A stretch of 62,491 nucleotides of DNA, the filler included. It is 4 parts of 4 records of this genome, joined end to end, with 100 filler letters (N's around TTAATTAATTAA, not from the genome) between each part and the next. Parts side by side here need not be neighbours in the genome. Positions count along the whole stretch, not along the records: positions 1 to 21,491 come from SRR2962707_1798; 3 more parts are not named here. One strand, 5' to 3'. The position numbers and the translations under genes were made by a program. How positions within the stretch are numbered: position 1 is the first letter of the stretch; every line of letters begins with the position of its first letter. This document shows positions 7,508-16,550 of this stretch, one piece after another. Under the pieces are notes generated by a model that searched no databases, was not told the origin of the DNA, and saw only the letters and a program-made list of their open reading frames with translations.

Positions 7508-9937
7508 ATGTCTTCCCCCTACCGCATACTGCTGGCAGCCGGTGCCTCGGCCCTGCTGCTGACAGGTTGTAACGATTCCAGTTCGAGTTCTGACGCAGCT
7601 CCGGCCCCTGGCACTGAGCAGCCGGGCAACCCAGACCCTGTGGTGGTGCCGGCGCCTTCGGCAGAGCAGCCCCCCGAATTTATTGTCAGGCCGTATTTGC
7701 AGGCACCGGGTAGCGATACCATGACGGTGATGTTTGAGACCGAGAACACGCAGCCGCAGGTGTGGGTGCGTCCTTTCGGCAGTTCGGACGAGTTTCAGAA
7801 GATTGACGCTGGCGTTCACTCCGAGGATGGCCTGGTGTATCGGGCGGTCGTGTCGGGGCTCGAGTCAAATCGTTTGTACGAATACTACGTGCTGACGAAC
7901 GACGCAGGCGGAGTGGGGCGGGTGACGCAGGCCTTTGCCTTCAAAACCTGGCCAGATGCGAGCGACGATGTTGATCAGGCGCGGTTCATTGCGATCAGTG
8001 ACACCCAGCTGGATCGGGAGATCTACGAGGTGGTGCTGAACAACGTGGTGACAGATGGTTTCATGACAGAGGAATGCAACGGTACTCAGCCCGAGACCTG
8101 TGCCGAGAACATTGCTGCCATCACTATCTCAGGGGACGTGGTACAAACCGGCGGTAACCGTTCCAACTGGCGGGACCAGCTGTTCGGGCGAATGGCAGAT
8201 ATCACACCCTACGTGCCACTGATTACGGTTCCGGGTAACCATGACTACTACTCGAATGCGGAGCTGGAGCTGTATCGAACTTACATGTCGCCACCGGAAA
8301 ACGGATCGGTGGGCTATGAGGATCACTGGTATTTCATCGATTATCTGGACCTTCGGTTGATTGGGCTGGACAGCTACCCGATTTCGGGCGCCCACGGCAG
8401 TTTCAATCGCGAGACCTTGGCGGTTCAGCGCCAATGGCTGCGGGAAACGCTGCTTGATGCCGAAATCCAGCAGAAGACCTTCGTGATGGGCATGTTCCAT
8501 CACGGCTGCCTGTCTGAGATGTGGAATGTGGGGGAAAGCATTGGCTCCTGCGAAATGGTGTCTGAGCTGGAAAAATACAGCGACCGCACCGGTGCGGTCA
8601 CCGGCCATTTCTTCGGGCACACTCATTCCTATTCCCGCGGGCAGTCGTTAAACACGCCGCACCTGTGGCTCAACGCAGCCAGTGCCTCAGGCTACATTGA
8701 ACCACTCGACAACGCCGATCATCAGAACAATCAGATCAGCGACTACGATACCTTTGAGGTCAGCCGTAGCGAGTTTGGTTACAGCGTGCTGACGTACCGT
8801 TTTGGAGCGGACGCCTCGGTGACGTTGCAGCGGAAAAAAGGCGGGTATGACGGTGATACCGAATTTGAGGTGGTGGATGAGGTAACCTTCGCCAGTAAAC
8901 GCAATGACAACCTGCCGCAGGCAACCGCGGGAACGGGTGAGTTGCCGGCCACGGATATTCAGCTGGCGGTGAACGTGGGTGCGCCTGAGCAGGTGCACGA
9001 AGTGCAATGGCAGATCTCCGAGAATGAGCAGTTCGAGGGGGTCGTATTTGACGTATGGGGTAACGAGACCCGGCGCCACAATCTGTTCTATGATGAAGCC
9101 ACTCAGGTGGGCGGTGATGAATATCAGGGCTATGAAGCCATTGATACCCAGCAGGGCGCCGATATCTTCCGCCTGAATCTGTCGGAGCTGTTAAGCCTGA
9201 AGACCGTCCGTCCGGGAGGTGATGACTACTACCGCTGGAACAAACGGTTTGCCTCTCAGAATACGCACGTTTCCTCCTACGATGCCTACGGCGGACAGCC
9301 AAGACCCACTCTGGGGCTGAAGCCCGGCACCACCTATTACTGGCGGGCACGGGTGAGAGACTCGCAGATGAACTGGTCGTCCTGGAGTGAGGGCTACAGT
9401 TTCAGCCTGGCCGGTATCCGCACACCGAACCTGCTGACCAATGGTGATGCAGAAGCCGGAGACCTGTCGGCCTGGACGCTGTCGAGCGGACTGGTCAGTG
9501 CCATCACGGCCAACAACAACGGGGGCTTTGGTGCGGCCGAGGGCGACTACTATTTCGCGGGCCGTGGGTTCGGTCAGGGACTGCCTGGCGACTGCTGCAC
9601 GGATTCGGCGTTCCAGCAGGTGGATATTTCGTCCTATGGACAGGATATCGACGCCGGCAAGGTGTATCTGGATCTCTCGGCGCAAATGACCACCTGGTCG
9701 GCGGATGATATACCGGAATTGAGGATTGAGTTGCGCGATGCGAACGATCAGCCGGTGGCGTGGAACCAGTCGCCGGAGCGTACCAGTGCCTCCATCAAGA
9801 GCTGGGAAACCCAGTCAATAGAGGGCTTTTTACCGGCCGGTGTCCGCAGCGTGGTGGTGCACATCGGCGGTGAGCGCAAGGCCGGCAACGACAACGACGT
9901 TTACTTTGATAACGTGTCGCTGAGTATGCTGTACTGA
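7508..9937 (+). CDS. Lipoprotein calcineurin-like metallophosphoesterase with PAP-type N-terminal domain, FN3-like region and C-terminal carbohydrate-binding-like (FBA/CBM-like) domain
   Basis: Lipobox LLTGC. Metal motifs SDTQ, GDVVQ, GNHD, FHH and GHTH. TTYYWRARVRD FN3 motif. C-terminal NLLTNGDAE...VYFDNVSL beta-sandwich. Confidence 0.85.
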   Translation: MSSPYRILLAAGASALLLTGCNDSSSSSDAAPAPGTEQPGNPDPVVVPAPSAEQPPEFIVRPYLQAPGSDTMTVMFETENTQPQVWVRPFGSSDEFQKIDAGVHSEDGLVYRAVVSGLESNRLYEYYVLTNDAGGVGRVTQAFAFKTWPDASDDVDQARFIAISDTQLDREIYEVVLNNVVTDGFMTEECNGTQPETCAENIAAITISGDVVQTGGNRSNWRDQLFGRMADITPYVPLITVPGNHDYYSNAELELYRTYMSPPENGSVGYEDHWYFIDYLDLRLIGLDSYPISGAHGSFNRETLAVQRQWLRETLLDAEIQQKTFVMGMFHHGCLSEMWNVGESIGSCEMVSELEKYSDRTGAVTGHFFGHTHSYSRGQSLNTPHLWLNAASASGYIEPLDNADHQNNQISDYDTFEVSRSEFGYSVLTYRFGADASVTLQRKKGGYDGDTEFEVVDEVTFASKRNDNLPQATAGTGELPATDIQLAVNVGAPEQVHEVQWQISENEQFEGVVFDVWGNETRRHNLFYDEATQVGGDEYQGYEAIDTQQGADIFRLNLSELLSLKTVRPGGDDYYRWNKRFASQNTHVSSYDAYGGQPRPTLGLKPGTTYYWRARVRDSQMNWSSWSEGYSFSLAGIRTPNLLTNGDAEAGDLSAWTLSSGLVSAITANNNGGFGAAEGDYYFAGRGFGQGLPGDCCTDSAFQQVDISSYGQDIDAGKVYLDLSAQMTTWSADDIPELRIELRDANDQPVAWNQSPERTSASIKSWETQSIEGFLPAGVRSVVVHIGGERKAGNDNDVYFDNVSLSMLY

Positions 9938-9968
9938 GCGATCTCTGCTCATTGAAAAGCAATAGACC

Positions 9969-10010
9969 GAAACCCCGGGCCGCCGATGTGGCCTGGGGTT
10001 TCTTGTTTTA
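9969..10010 (+). terminator. Rho-independent terminator
   Basis: GAAACCCCGGGCC...GGCCTGGGGTTTC hairpin followed by a T-rich tail. Confidence 0.75.
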
Positions 10011-10049
10011 ACGTACCGGGTTCAGGAACTTACGCCCTTCGCCCGTGCT

Positions 10050-10083
10050 CTGTCATACTGTCGTCACAGTGCCGGCTTAGCGT
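10050..10083 (+). promoter_or_regulatory. Pho box and -10 upstream of phnR
   Basis: CTGTCAT-N4-TCGTCAC, then 10 bp to TAGCGT. Confidence 0.7.
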
Positions 10084-10113
10084 GGCAGGTTTTGTGGGTG
10101 ACAGGAGCGGAGT

Positions 10114-10842
10114 ATGCAGCAGCAAGCGTTTGCGGAGGGTACCCTGCCGCTTTATCTGAGGGTGCGAGATCAGTTAGCGGGGCAGATCGACAAGGGAGTG
10201 CTGACCCCGAATACCCGATTACCCTCCGAGCGAATCCTGGCCGAACAATTCGGCACTACCCGCGTCACCACCCGTCTCGCGCTCGCGCAACTGGAAGCAG
10301 AGGGAAAGATCTACCGCTCCAATCGCCGTGGCTGGTTTGTTTCCCCGCCCCGGCTGATCTATAAGCCAACGCACGATTACAGTTTCTCAGACAACGTTGC
10401 CGCTCAGGGGCGAGTGCCCGAAACCGAAACCCTGGATGTCACCGCGACCGAGGCCAATGCCTGGCTTGCCACAAAAACCGGCCTGGCTGTCGGCGATCCG
10501 GTGATCTGGCTTCGTCGGCGCCGTCAGATTGATGGCCGGCCAGTGCTGGTTGAGAACATTTACCTGAATGCGACCCGCTTGCCGGGCATTGAGACATACG
10601 ATTTCAACCGCTCGCTCTGGAAACTTCTCCGGGAGCAATACGGCGTGGAACTGAAGGGTAAGCGAATTGAAATGTATCCCACGGCGTTGGTGGATCCTCA
10701 GGCGAGTGCCATCGGTGTAACGGCTGGTACCGCAGGGCTCTATGTCACCCGTTGCAGTCAGGACGGTCAGGGAGGCTTTATCGAGTTCGATGAAGAGTTC
10801 TGGCTGCACGATGCCTTGAGTATTCAGGTTGAAGTGAGCTGA
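10114..10842 (+). CDS. phnR: GntR/HutC-family (UTRA) phosphonate regulator
   Basis: LPSERILAEQFGTTRVT wHTH, RSNRRGWFV and DEEFWLHDA, within an AEP cluster. Confidence 0.88.
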   Translation: MQQQAFAEGTLPLYLRVRDQLAGQIDKGVLTPNTRLPSERILAEQFGTTRVTTRLALAQLEAEGKIYRSNRRGWFVSPPRLIYKPTHDYSFSDNVAAQGRVPETETLDVTATEANAWLATKTGLAVGDPVIWLRRRRQIDGRPVLVENIYLNATRLPGIETYDFNRSLWKLLREQYGVELKGKRIEMYPTALVDPQASAIGVTAGTAGLYVTRCSQDGQGGFIEFDEEFWLHDALSIQVEVS

Positions 10843-10866
10843 CCACTCCGGCAGATCGTCTCCGGA

Positions 10867-10923
10867 CTGTCATCGGGTCTTCATAAAACCGTCACAGTTC
10901 CTCGGCAAACTGGTCTATACCAG
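10867..10923 (+). promoter_or_regulatory. Pho boxes plus PhnR-type operator
   Basis: CTGTCAT (10867), TCTTCAT (10878) and CCGTCAC (10889). -10-like CAAACT at 10906. Operator CTGGTCTATACCAG at 10910-10923. Confidence 0.8.
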
Positions 10924-10940
10924 ATGAGCGAGGAGCTACC

Positions 10941-12173
10941 ATGCCCACACCCCATCATCCGGATGTCGTCATTATTGGAGGCGGCATCCTCGGATGCGCG
11001 ATTGCCCGATATCTCAGTCGTTTACCCGGCCTCAGCGTCACCGTGGTTGAGCGACACGGCCTCGGAGAGCAGACCACCAGCTACGCGGCTGCGCTTCTTA
11101 CCCGTATCCGTCCGCATTCGGCCTTGACGGCTTTGGCCATGGAAACCTTTCGCGCCATCGAGGAAATGGGGCAGAGCAGCGGTGAGCCCTTACCGCTCAG
11201 AAGCGTTGGCAGTCTGCAGGTGTCTGCGCGACCAGACGGGCTGCGCCAGCTCGAAGAGACGGCCCGGCGAGCAAAAGAGGCCGGCGTGACTGCAAATGCG
11301 ATTGCCGTGCAAGATGCCATGCAACTGGCTCCGTGGCTTGATTTGACACCCGATACTGCCGCCCTCTGGTTGCCGGACGATGGCTATATTGATCCTTATT
11401 CGTTGTGCATGGCTTATGCCGCTGAGGGGCGCCGCCGTGGTGTTCGGTTCCGTCTGAAGCAAAGTGTCAGCGACCTGCTTATGCAGGGTGGCCGGGTAAC
11501 GGGTGTTCGCCTAGGGCATGGTGAAGTGCTCTCGGCCGGCCTGGTGGTTGATGCCGCCGGCCCCTGGAGTACGGCTTTGGCCAGGCAAGTGGGTGTTCAC
11601 CTTGGCATGGCGCCGGTGCGCAGTCATTACTGGATATCCGCACCTGACGCTCGTATTCCTGCCCATGGCCCGATGACGATATTGCCCGACAGTGGCGCTT
11701 ATGCGCGGCCAGACGTGGGCGGTTTGCTGTTCGGTCTTCGGGAGGCTCAGGACGTGGTTGCAGACCCGGCGGCCCTGCCCGAGAGTCTGCAGGGCTTCCG
11801 CTTCGATACCGATCCAGCGGGTGAGCACGCCCTTGAGGACGGGTACGCGTCACTGCGGTCTCAGCTTCCCCTGCTGGACGAACTCCGGTTGGCCCACTAC
11901 GTCAGCAACGTTTCCAGCTATACCCCGGACGGCTTCTACCTGCTGGGCCCCATGCCTGGCATTCAGGGTTTTATCGCTGCAACCGGCTGTTCCGGTGCCG
12001 GCATTGGTATGTCGGGAGGCATTGGTCGATTCATCAGCGAACTGATAGCCGGCCAGCCGACCTTCGTCACTTCCGAGCCGTTTCGCCTGGACCGGTTTGG
12101 CGCCATTGATCCCTTTGATCCTGATTTTATCCACCGCTGTGCTGCGGCACGAGCCCGCAAACGCACTGGCTAA
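10941..12173 (+). CDS. FAD-dependent amine oxidoreductase (DAO/sarcosine oxidase-like), first gene of the phnWX operon
   Basis: GGGILG Rossmann motif, DGYIDP, DAAGPW and YTPDG. Confidence 0.85.
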   Translation: MPTPHHPDVVIIGGGILGCAIARYLSRLPGLSVTVVERHGLGEQTTSYAAALLTRIRPHSALTALAMETFRAIEEMGQSSGEPLPLRSVGSLQVSARPDGLRQLEETARRAKEAGVTANAIAVQDAMQLAPWLDLTPDTAALWLPDDGYIDPYSLCMAYAAEGRRRGVRFRLKQSVSDLLMQGGRVTGVRLGHGEVLSAGLVVDAAGPWSTALARQVGVHLGMAPVRSHYWISAPDARIPAHGPMTILPDSGAYARPDVGGLLFGLREAQDVVADPAALPESLQGFRFDTDPAGEHALEDGYASLRSQLPLLDELRLAHYVSNVSSYTPDGFYLLGPMPGIQGFIAATGCSGAGIGMSGGIGRFISELIAGQPTFVTSEPFRLDRFGAIDPFDPDFIHRCAAARARKRTG

Positions 12174-12190
12174 TTCCGTTGGAGACTCCA

Positions 12191-13342
12191 ATGACCCCGA
12201 ACGATCCGTATTTACTGACCCCCGGTCCGCTGACCACCAGTCTGTCTGTGAAGCAGGCCATGTTGCACGACTGGGGCTCCTGGGATAACGACTTTAATGA
12301 GCTCACCGCAGAGGTGTGTGCGCGTCTGCTGCGTGTAGCCGGTGGCCAGGATAGTCATGTGTGCGTTCCCATGCAGGGTAGCGGTACCTTTGCGGTGGAG
12401 GCCACGTTGGGCACGCTGGTTCCCCGGAACAGCACCACGCTGGTACTGATGAACGGAGCCTATGGACAGCGAATCAGCAAAATACTTGATCGCTTGGGCC
12501 GTCGATGCCTGGCCATCGACAAAGGAGATTACCATCCGCCGCGGGGTGACGAGGTGGCACGGACACTTCGACAGTACCCGGAGATTGATCAGGTGGTGGT
12601 CGTTCACTGCGAAACCAGTTCGGGCATTCTAAACCCGATTCCTGAAATCGCCGAGGTTTGTGAAAAGGCTGGCAAGCGCCTGATTATCGACAGTATGAGC
12701 GCGTTTGGCGCGTTGCCGGTCAACGTGGCGGAGTTACCCTGTGCGGCGCTGATTTCGTCCGCTAACAAGTGCTTTGAAGGTGTGCCGGGCTTCGGTTTTG
12801 CCATAGTGGACAAGACCCTGCTGTCTGAGTCCGAAGGGCAGTGCCACAGCCTGTCGCTGGATCTGTACGACCAATGGCGGTACATGGAAAGAACGGGGCA
12901 GTGGCGCTATACGCCGCCGACCCACGTGGTCGCCGCCTTTTTGCAGGCCCTGCGAGAACACGAGGCCGAAGGCGGTGTGGCCGGTCGTCTTGCCCGCTAC
13001 AGCCGAAACCGAGACCGACTGGTGGCGGGCCTTCGCGAGCTAGGGTTCCAGACTCTGCTGGCCGATGAATGGCTGTCTCCAATCATTACGACTTTCCTGT
13101 CTCCAGACAGCCCGGATTTCGATTTTCCCCGTTTTTACGAGGCCATCAAGGCCCGAGGTTTCCTGATCTATCCCGGCAAGCTGACGGTCGCGGAGAGCTT
13201 CCGGCTTGGCTGTATTGGCCAACTTCATGATCCGCAGATTGATGCAGTGGTGGCGGCGATTGCCGATGCCTGTCAGTCGCTGGGAATTTCGGTGCCGGTA
13301 CCCCCTCCGGCTGCTGCGCCAGACAATCTCGAAAACCAATGA
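12191..13342 (+). CDS. phnW: 2-aminoethylphosphonate-pyruvate transaminase
   Basis: [33 protein letters not shown] (PLP Lys), QWRYTPP and IYPGKLT. Confidence 0.96.
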   Translation: MTPNDPYLLTPGPLTTSLSVKQAMLHDWGSWDNDFNELTAEVCARLLRVAGGQDSHVCVPMQGSGTFAVEATLGTLVPRNSTTLVLMNGAYGQRISKILDRLGRRCLAIDKGDYHPPRGDEVARTLRQYPEIDQVVVVHCETSSGILNPIPEIAEVCEKAGKRLIIDSMSAFGALPVNVAELPCAALISSANKCFEGVPGFGFAIVDKTLLSESEGQCHSLSLDLYDQWRYMERTGQWRYTPPTHVVAAFLQALREHEAEGGVAGRLARYSRNRDRLVAGLRELGFQTLLADEWLSPIITTFLSPDSPDFDFPRFYEAIKARGFLIYPGKLTVAESFRLGCIGQLHDPQIDAVVAAIADACQSLGISVPVPPPAAAPDNLENQ

Positions 13343-13373
13343 TCTCACTCTGATCGCAAAAGGAAGAAGCGTT

Positions 13374-14201
13374 ATGCACAGTTACACCCGTCGTTACACC
13401 GGTCCTCTGCAAGCGGTGATTATGGACCTTGCCGGAACCTGCGTGGATTTCGGTTCACTGGCACCGATTCAGGCCTTTCTCCAGCTCTTCCGGAACGAGG
13501 GCATTGATGTCTCCGAAACCGAAGCCCGGGAGCCCATGGGGACCGAAAAGCGTGAGCATATCCGTAGCTTGCTGGCGATGCCCCGCATTCGGAGCCAATG
13601 GCTGGAGGCTCATGGTAAGGCGCCGGAGGCCGCTGATGTCGATCGCCTCTATGAGGCATTTCTGCCCCTTCAGACCGCGGCGATTGCGGAACGGGCAACA
13701 CTGATTCCGGGTGCTCTGGCGCTTCAGGATCTGCTTCGTGAAAAAGGCATCAGGTTGGGGGTGAACACCGGATATAGCCGAGACATGGTGAACGTTATGC
13801 TGCCGGGGCTCGCGGATCAGGGGTTTATGCCGGAAAGCGTGGTTGTGGCGACAGAAGTGCCGGCCGGTAGGCCGGCACCCCACATGAGCCTGAAAAACGT
13901 ACTCGAGCTGGGCATTGGCGCAGTTCAGGCCTGCGTCAAAGTGGACGACACAGGGACGGGTATTGAGGAAGGTCTGAATGCGGGTATGTGGACGGTGGCC
14001 GTAGTGGCCTCCGGTAATTCAGTCGGATTGAGTGAAGCTCAGTTTTACGCCCTTCCGGAGAACGATCGCGAAGCGTTGCTGGCCCGTGGTCGCCAGGTGA
14101 TGGCGAGATCGGCAGCCCACTATGTCATCGATTCGATACAGGACCTGCCGGGCGTTATCCGCGATATCGAGAGGCGTCTGGCAGCGGGAGAGCGCCCCTG
14201 A
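13374..14201 (+). CDS. phnX: Phosphonoacetaldehyde hydrolase
   Basis: DLAGTCVDFGS, PMGTEKREH (Schiff-base Lys), GRPAP and KVDDT. Confidence 0.96.
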   Translation: MHSYTRRYTGPLQAVIMDLAGTCVDFGSLAPIQAFLQLFRNEGIDVSETEAREPMGTEKREHIRSLLAMPRIRSQWLEAHGKAPEAADVDRLYEAFLPLQTAAIAERATLIPGALALQDLLREKGIRLGVNTGYSRDMVNVMLPGLADQGFMPESVVVATEVPAGRPAPHMSLKNVLELGIGAVQACVKVDDTGTGIEEGLNAGMWTVAVVASGNSVGLSEAQFYALPENDREALLARGRQVMARSAAHYVIDSIQDLPGVIRDIERRLAAGERP

Positions 14202-14216
14202 GGGACCGACAAGGAA

Positions 14217-14289
14217 ACGTCATTGATCTGTCACGTCTTTGCAATCAAATGTCCCTAAGGTGGTGGTTAGCGAATCTGGTATAGACCAG
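14217..14289 (+). promoter_or_regulatory. Pho boxes plus PhnR-type operator upstream of the transporter
   Basis: ACGTCAT (14217), CTGTCAC (14228) and TTGCAAT (14239). -10-like TAAGGT at 14256. Operator CTGGTATAGACCAG at 14276-14289. Confidence 0.8.
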
Positions 14290-14327
14290 AAAGCCTAACC
14301 GAACTGATGCCGTAAAAGGAGAGTAGC

Positions 14328-15341
14328 GTGAAACACCTGAAAAAAGCCCTGGCCCTGGCCGCCCTGATGGCGGCCGTTAACGCCAACGCCCAGACCGAAC
14401 TGACCGTGTACACCGCGGTTGAGGCGGAAGATCTCAAGAAGTATGCCGCCCGATTCAATGAAGACCACCCGGACATCAAGATCAACTGGGTTCGCGACTC
14501 CACCGGTGTCATCACCGCGCGACTGCTGGCCGAGAAAGAAAACCCGCAGGCAGATGTCGTTTGGGGGCTGGCGGGAACCAGCCTGCTGTTGCTGAAGAAC
14601 GAGGGCATGCTGACGCCTTATGCACCGGAAGGGCTGGAAAAACTGTCGCCGAAGTTCCGTGACCGCGATGAGACTCCCTCATGGGTGGGCATGGATGCCT
14701 GGATGGCGGCGGTATGCGTCAACACCATCGAGGCTGAGAAGAACAATTTGCCCATGCCCACCAGTTGGCAGGATCTGACCAATCCGGTGTATCGGGGCCA
14801 TGTTGTGATGCCGAACCCGAACTCTTCCGGAACCGGTTTTCTGGACGCTTCAGCCTGGCTCCAGTTGATGGGCGAAGACAAAGGCTGGGAGTTCATGGAC
14901 GGCCTGCATCAGAACATCAGTCGCTATACGCACTCCGGCTCCAAGCCTTGCAAAATGGCTGCTTCGGGTGAGACCTCGATTGGTGTGTCTTTCGCTTTCC
15001 GTGGTGCCCGTCTGAAAGAGAAGGGCGCGCCTCTGGAGCTGGTGTTCCCGGAAGAAGGGCTGGGCTGGGAAGTTGAAGCGACCGCCATTGTTGACGGCAC
15101 CGACAAACTGGAAGCCGCCCAGACTCTGGTCGACTGGTCAATCACCCGCCAGGCCATGGAGATGTACAACGAAGGCTACGCCATTGTAGCGATGCCAGGT
15201 GTGGCACAGCCGGTGGAACATTTTCCCGCCAACGCGGAAGCGCTGATTATCGACAACGATTTCGGTTGGGCCGCCAGTAATCGCGAAGCCATTCTGACCG
15301 AGTGGGCGCGTCGTTACGACGGCAAATCCGAAGCCAAGTAA
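14328..15341 (+). CDS. aepX: 2-AEP ABC transporter substrate-binding protein
   Basis: Signal peptide, LTVYTA, WVRDSTG, PNPNSSGTG and YTHSGSKPC, typical of the PhnS2/AepX family. Confidence 0.9.
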   Translation: MKHLKKALALAALMAAVNANAQTELTVYTAVEAEDLKKYAARFNEDHPDIKINWVRDSTGVITARLLAEKENPQADVVWGLAGTSLLLLKNEGMLTPYAPEGLEKLSPKFRDRDETPSWVGMDAWMAAVCVNTIEAEKNNLPMPTSWQDLTNPVYRGHVVMPNPNSSGTGFLDASAWLQLMGEDKGWEFMDGLHQNISRYTHSGSKPCKMAASGETSIGVSFAFRGARLKEKGAPLELVFPEEGLGWEVEATAIVDGTDKLEAAQTLVDWSITRQAMEMYNEGYAIVAMPGVAQPVEHFPANAEALIIDNDFGWAASNREAILTEWARRYDGKSEAK

Positions 15342-15430
15342 TCCGCTCGGAGCCGGGCGCAGCCCCGGCCTGTGCGACCGGGCACCCGTTCTGGTGTGCC
15401 CGGGCAGATATTGGAGAAGCAGGGGGTACC

Positions 15431-16501
15431 ATGATTCAGCATACCCAGGGAAGTCGTCTGGAAGTCCGGGGCGTAAACAAGTTCTTCGGCGAGTTTTGTG
15501 CGTTGAAGGATATCAATCTCACCATTGAGCCCGGTGAACTGGTGTGTTTTCTGGGGCCGTCCGGATGTGGCAAGACGACCCTGCTTCGCATTATTGCCGG
15601 GCTTGAACAGCAGAGCTGCGGCACGCTCCGACAGGGCGATGTCGATATCTCGCAAAAGCCGCCCCGGGATCGTGACTTCGGCATTGTGTTCCAGTCCTAC
15701 GCGCTGTTCCCGAACATGACGGTAACCGACAATGTGGCGTACGGACTGCGTAGCATCGGTATGCCCAAGGCCCGGGTTCGTGATCGGGTAGACGAGCTTC
15801 TGGCCGTGGTCGGGCTGGAGGATCACACCCGCAAGTATCCCGCGCAGCTTTCCGGTGGCCAGCAGCAACGGGTGGCGCTTGCCCGAGCCTTGGCGCCATC
15901 CCCGGGCCTGCTGCTTCTCGATGAGCCACTCTCAGCTCTGGATGCGAAAGTTCGCCACCACCTTCGCAGCGAGATTCGCAGCCTGCAGAAGCAACTGGGC
16001 GTTACCACCATCATGGTAACCCACGATCAGGAAGAAGCCCTGGCCATGGCAGACCGAGTGGTGGTTATGAATAACGGGGTGATTGAACAGGTGGGAACAC
16101 CCCTGGACATCTACCAACAGCCTGCTTCGGCGTTTGTGGCGTCGTTTATCGGGGCAATGAACTTTTTCGACAGCGCTCCGGTGAACGGGCAGCGTGTTCG
16201 CCTCGGCAATCGGGAGCTGGATCTGGTCAGGCCGCTACCGGCCACGCCGGACGGCATTCGTCTGGCGATTCGGCCTGAGGATGTTCATCTCCTGCCGCAG
16301 GGCGACGGTGAGTGGGAAGGCCAGGTCCAGGCGATGGATTACCTGGGGGCCTTTATTCGCACCCACGTCCGGCTGCATGGCGTGGAACTGGACCTGGTGG
16401 TGGACGTAGACCCGCGCTCTGCCCGACAACTGGAATTGCGGGTGGGCGGTGCAGTCTGTCTCAACCTGCCGTCTGATGCCTTGCATTGCTTCGCGGCCTG
16501 A
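15431..16501 (+). CDS. aepV: 2-AEP ABC transporter ATPase
   Basis: Walker A GPSGCGKT, LSGGQQQR, DEPLSALD and a TOBE-like C-terminus. Confidence 0.9.
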   Translation: MIQHTQGSRLEVRGVNKFFGEFCALKDINLTIEPGELVCFLGPSGCGKTTLLRIIAGLEQQSCGTLRQGDVDISQKPPRDRDFGIVFQSYALFPNMTVTDNVAYGLRSIGMPKARVRDRVDELLAVVGLEDHTRKYPAQLSGGQQQRVALARALAPSPGLLLLDEPLSALDAKVRHHLRSEIRSLQKQLGVTTIMVTHDQEEALAMADRVVVMNNGVIEQVGTPLDIYQQPASAFVASFIGAMNFFDSAPVNGQRVRLGNRELDLVRPLPATPDGIRLAIRPEDVHLLPQGDGEWEGQVQAMDYLGAFIRTHVRLHGVELDLVVDVDPRSARQLELRVGGAVCLNLPSDALHCFAA

Positions 16502-16550
16502 AAGAGGTCGCGAAAACCCGATGCCCTCGTTTCACCCTGGTAAGACCTTC

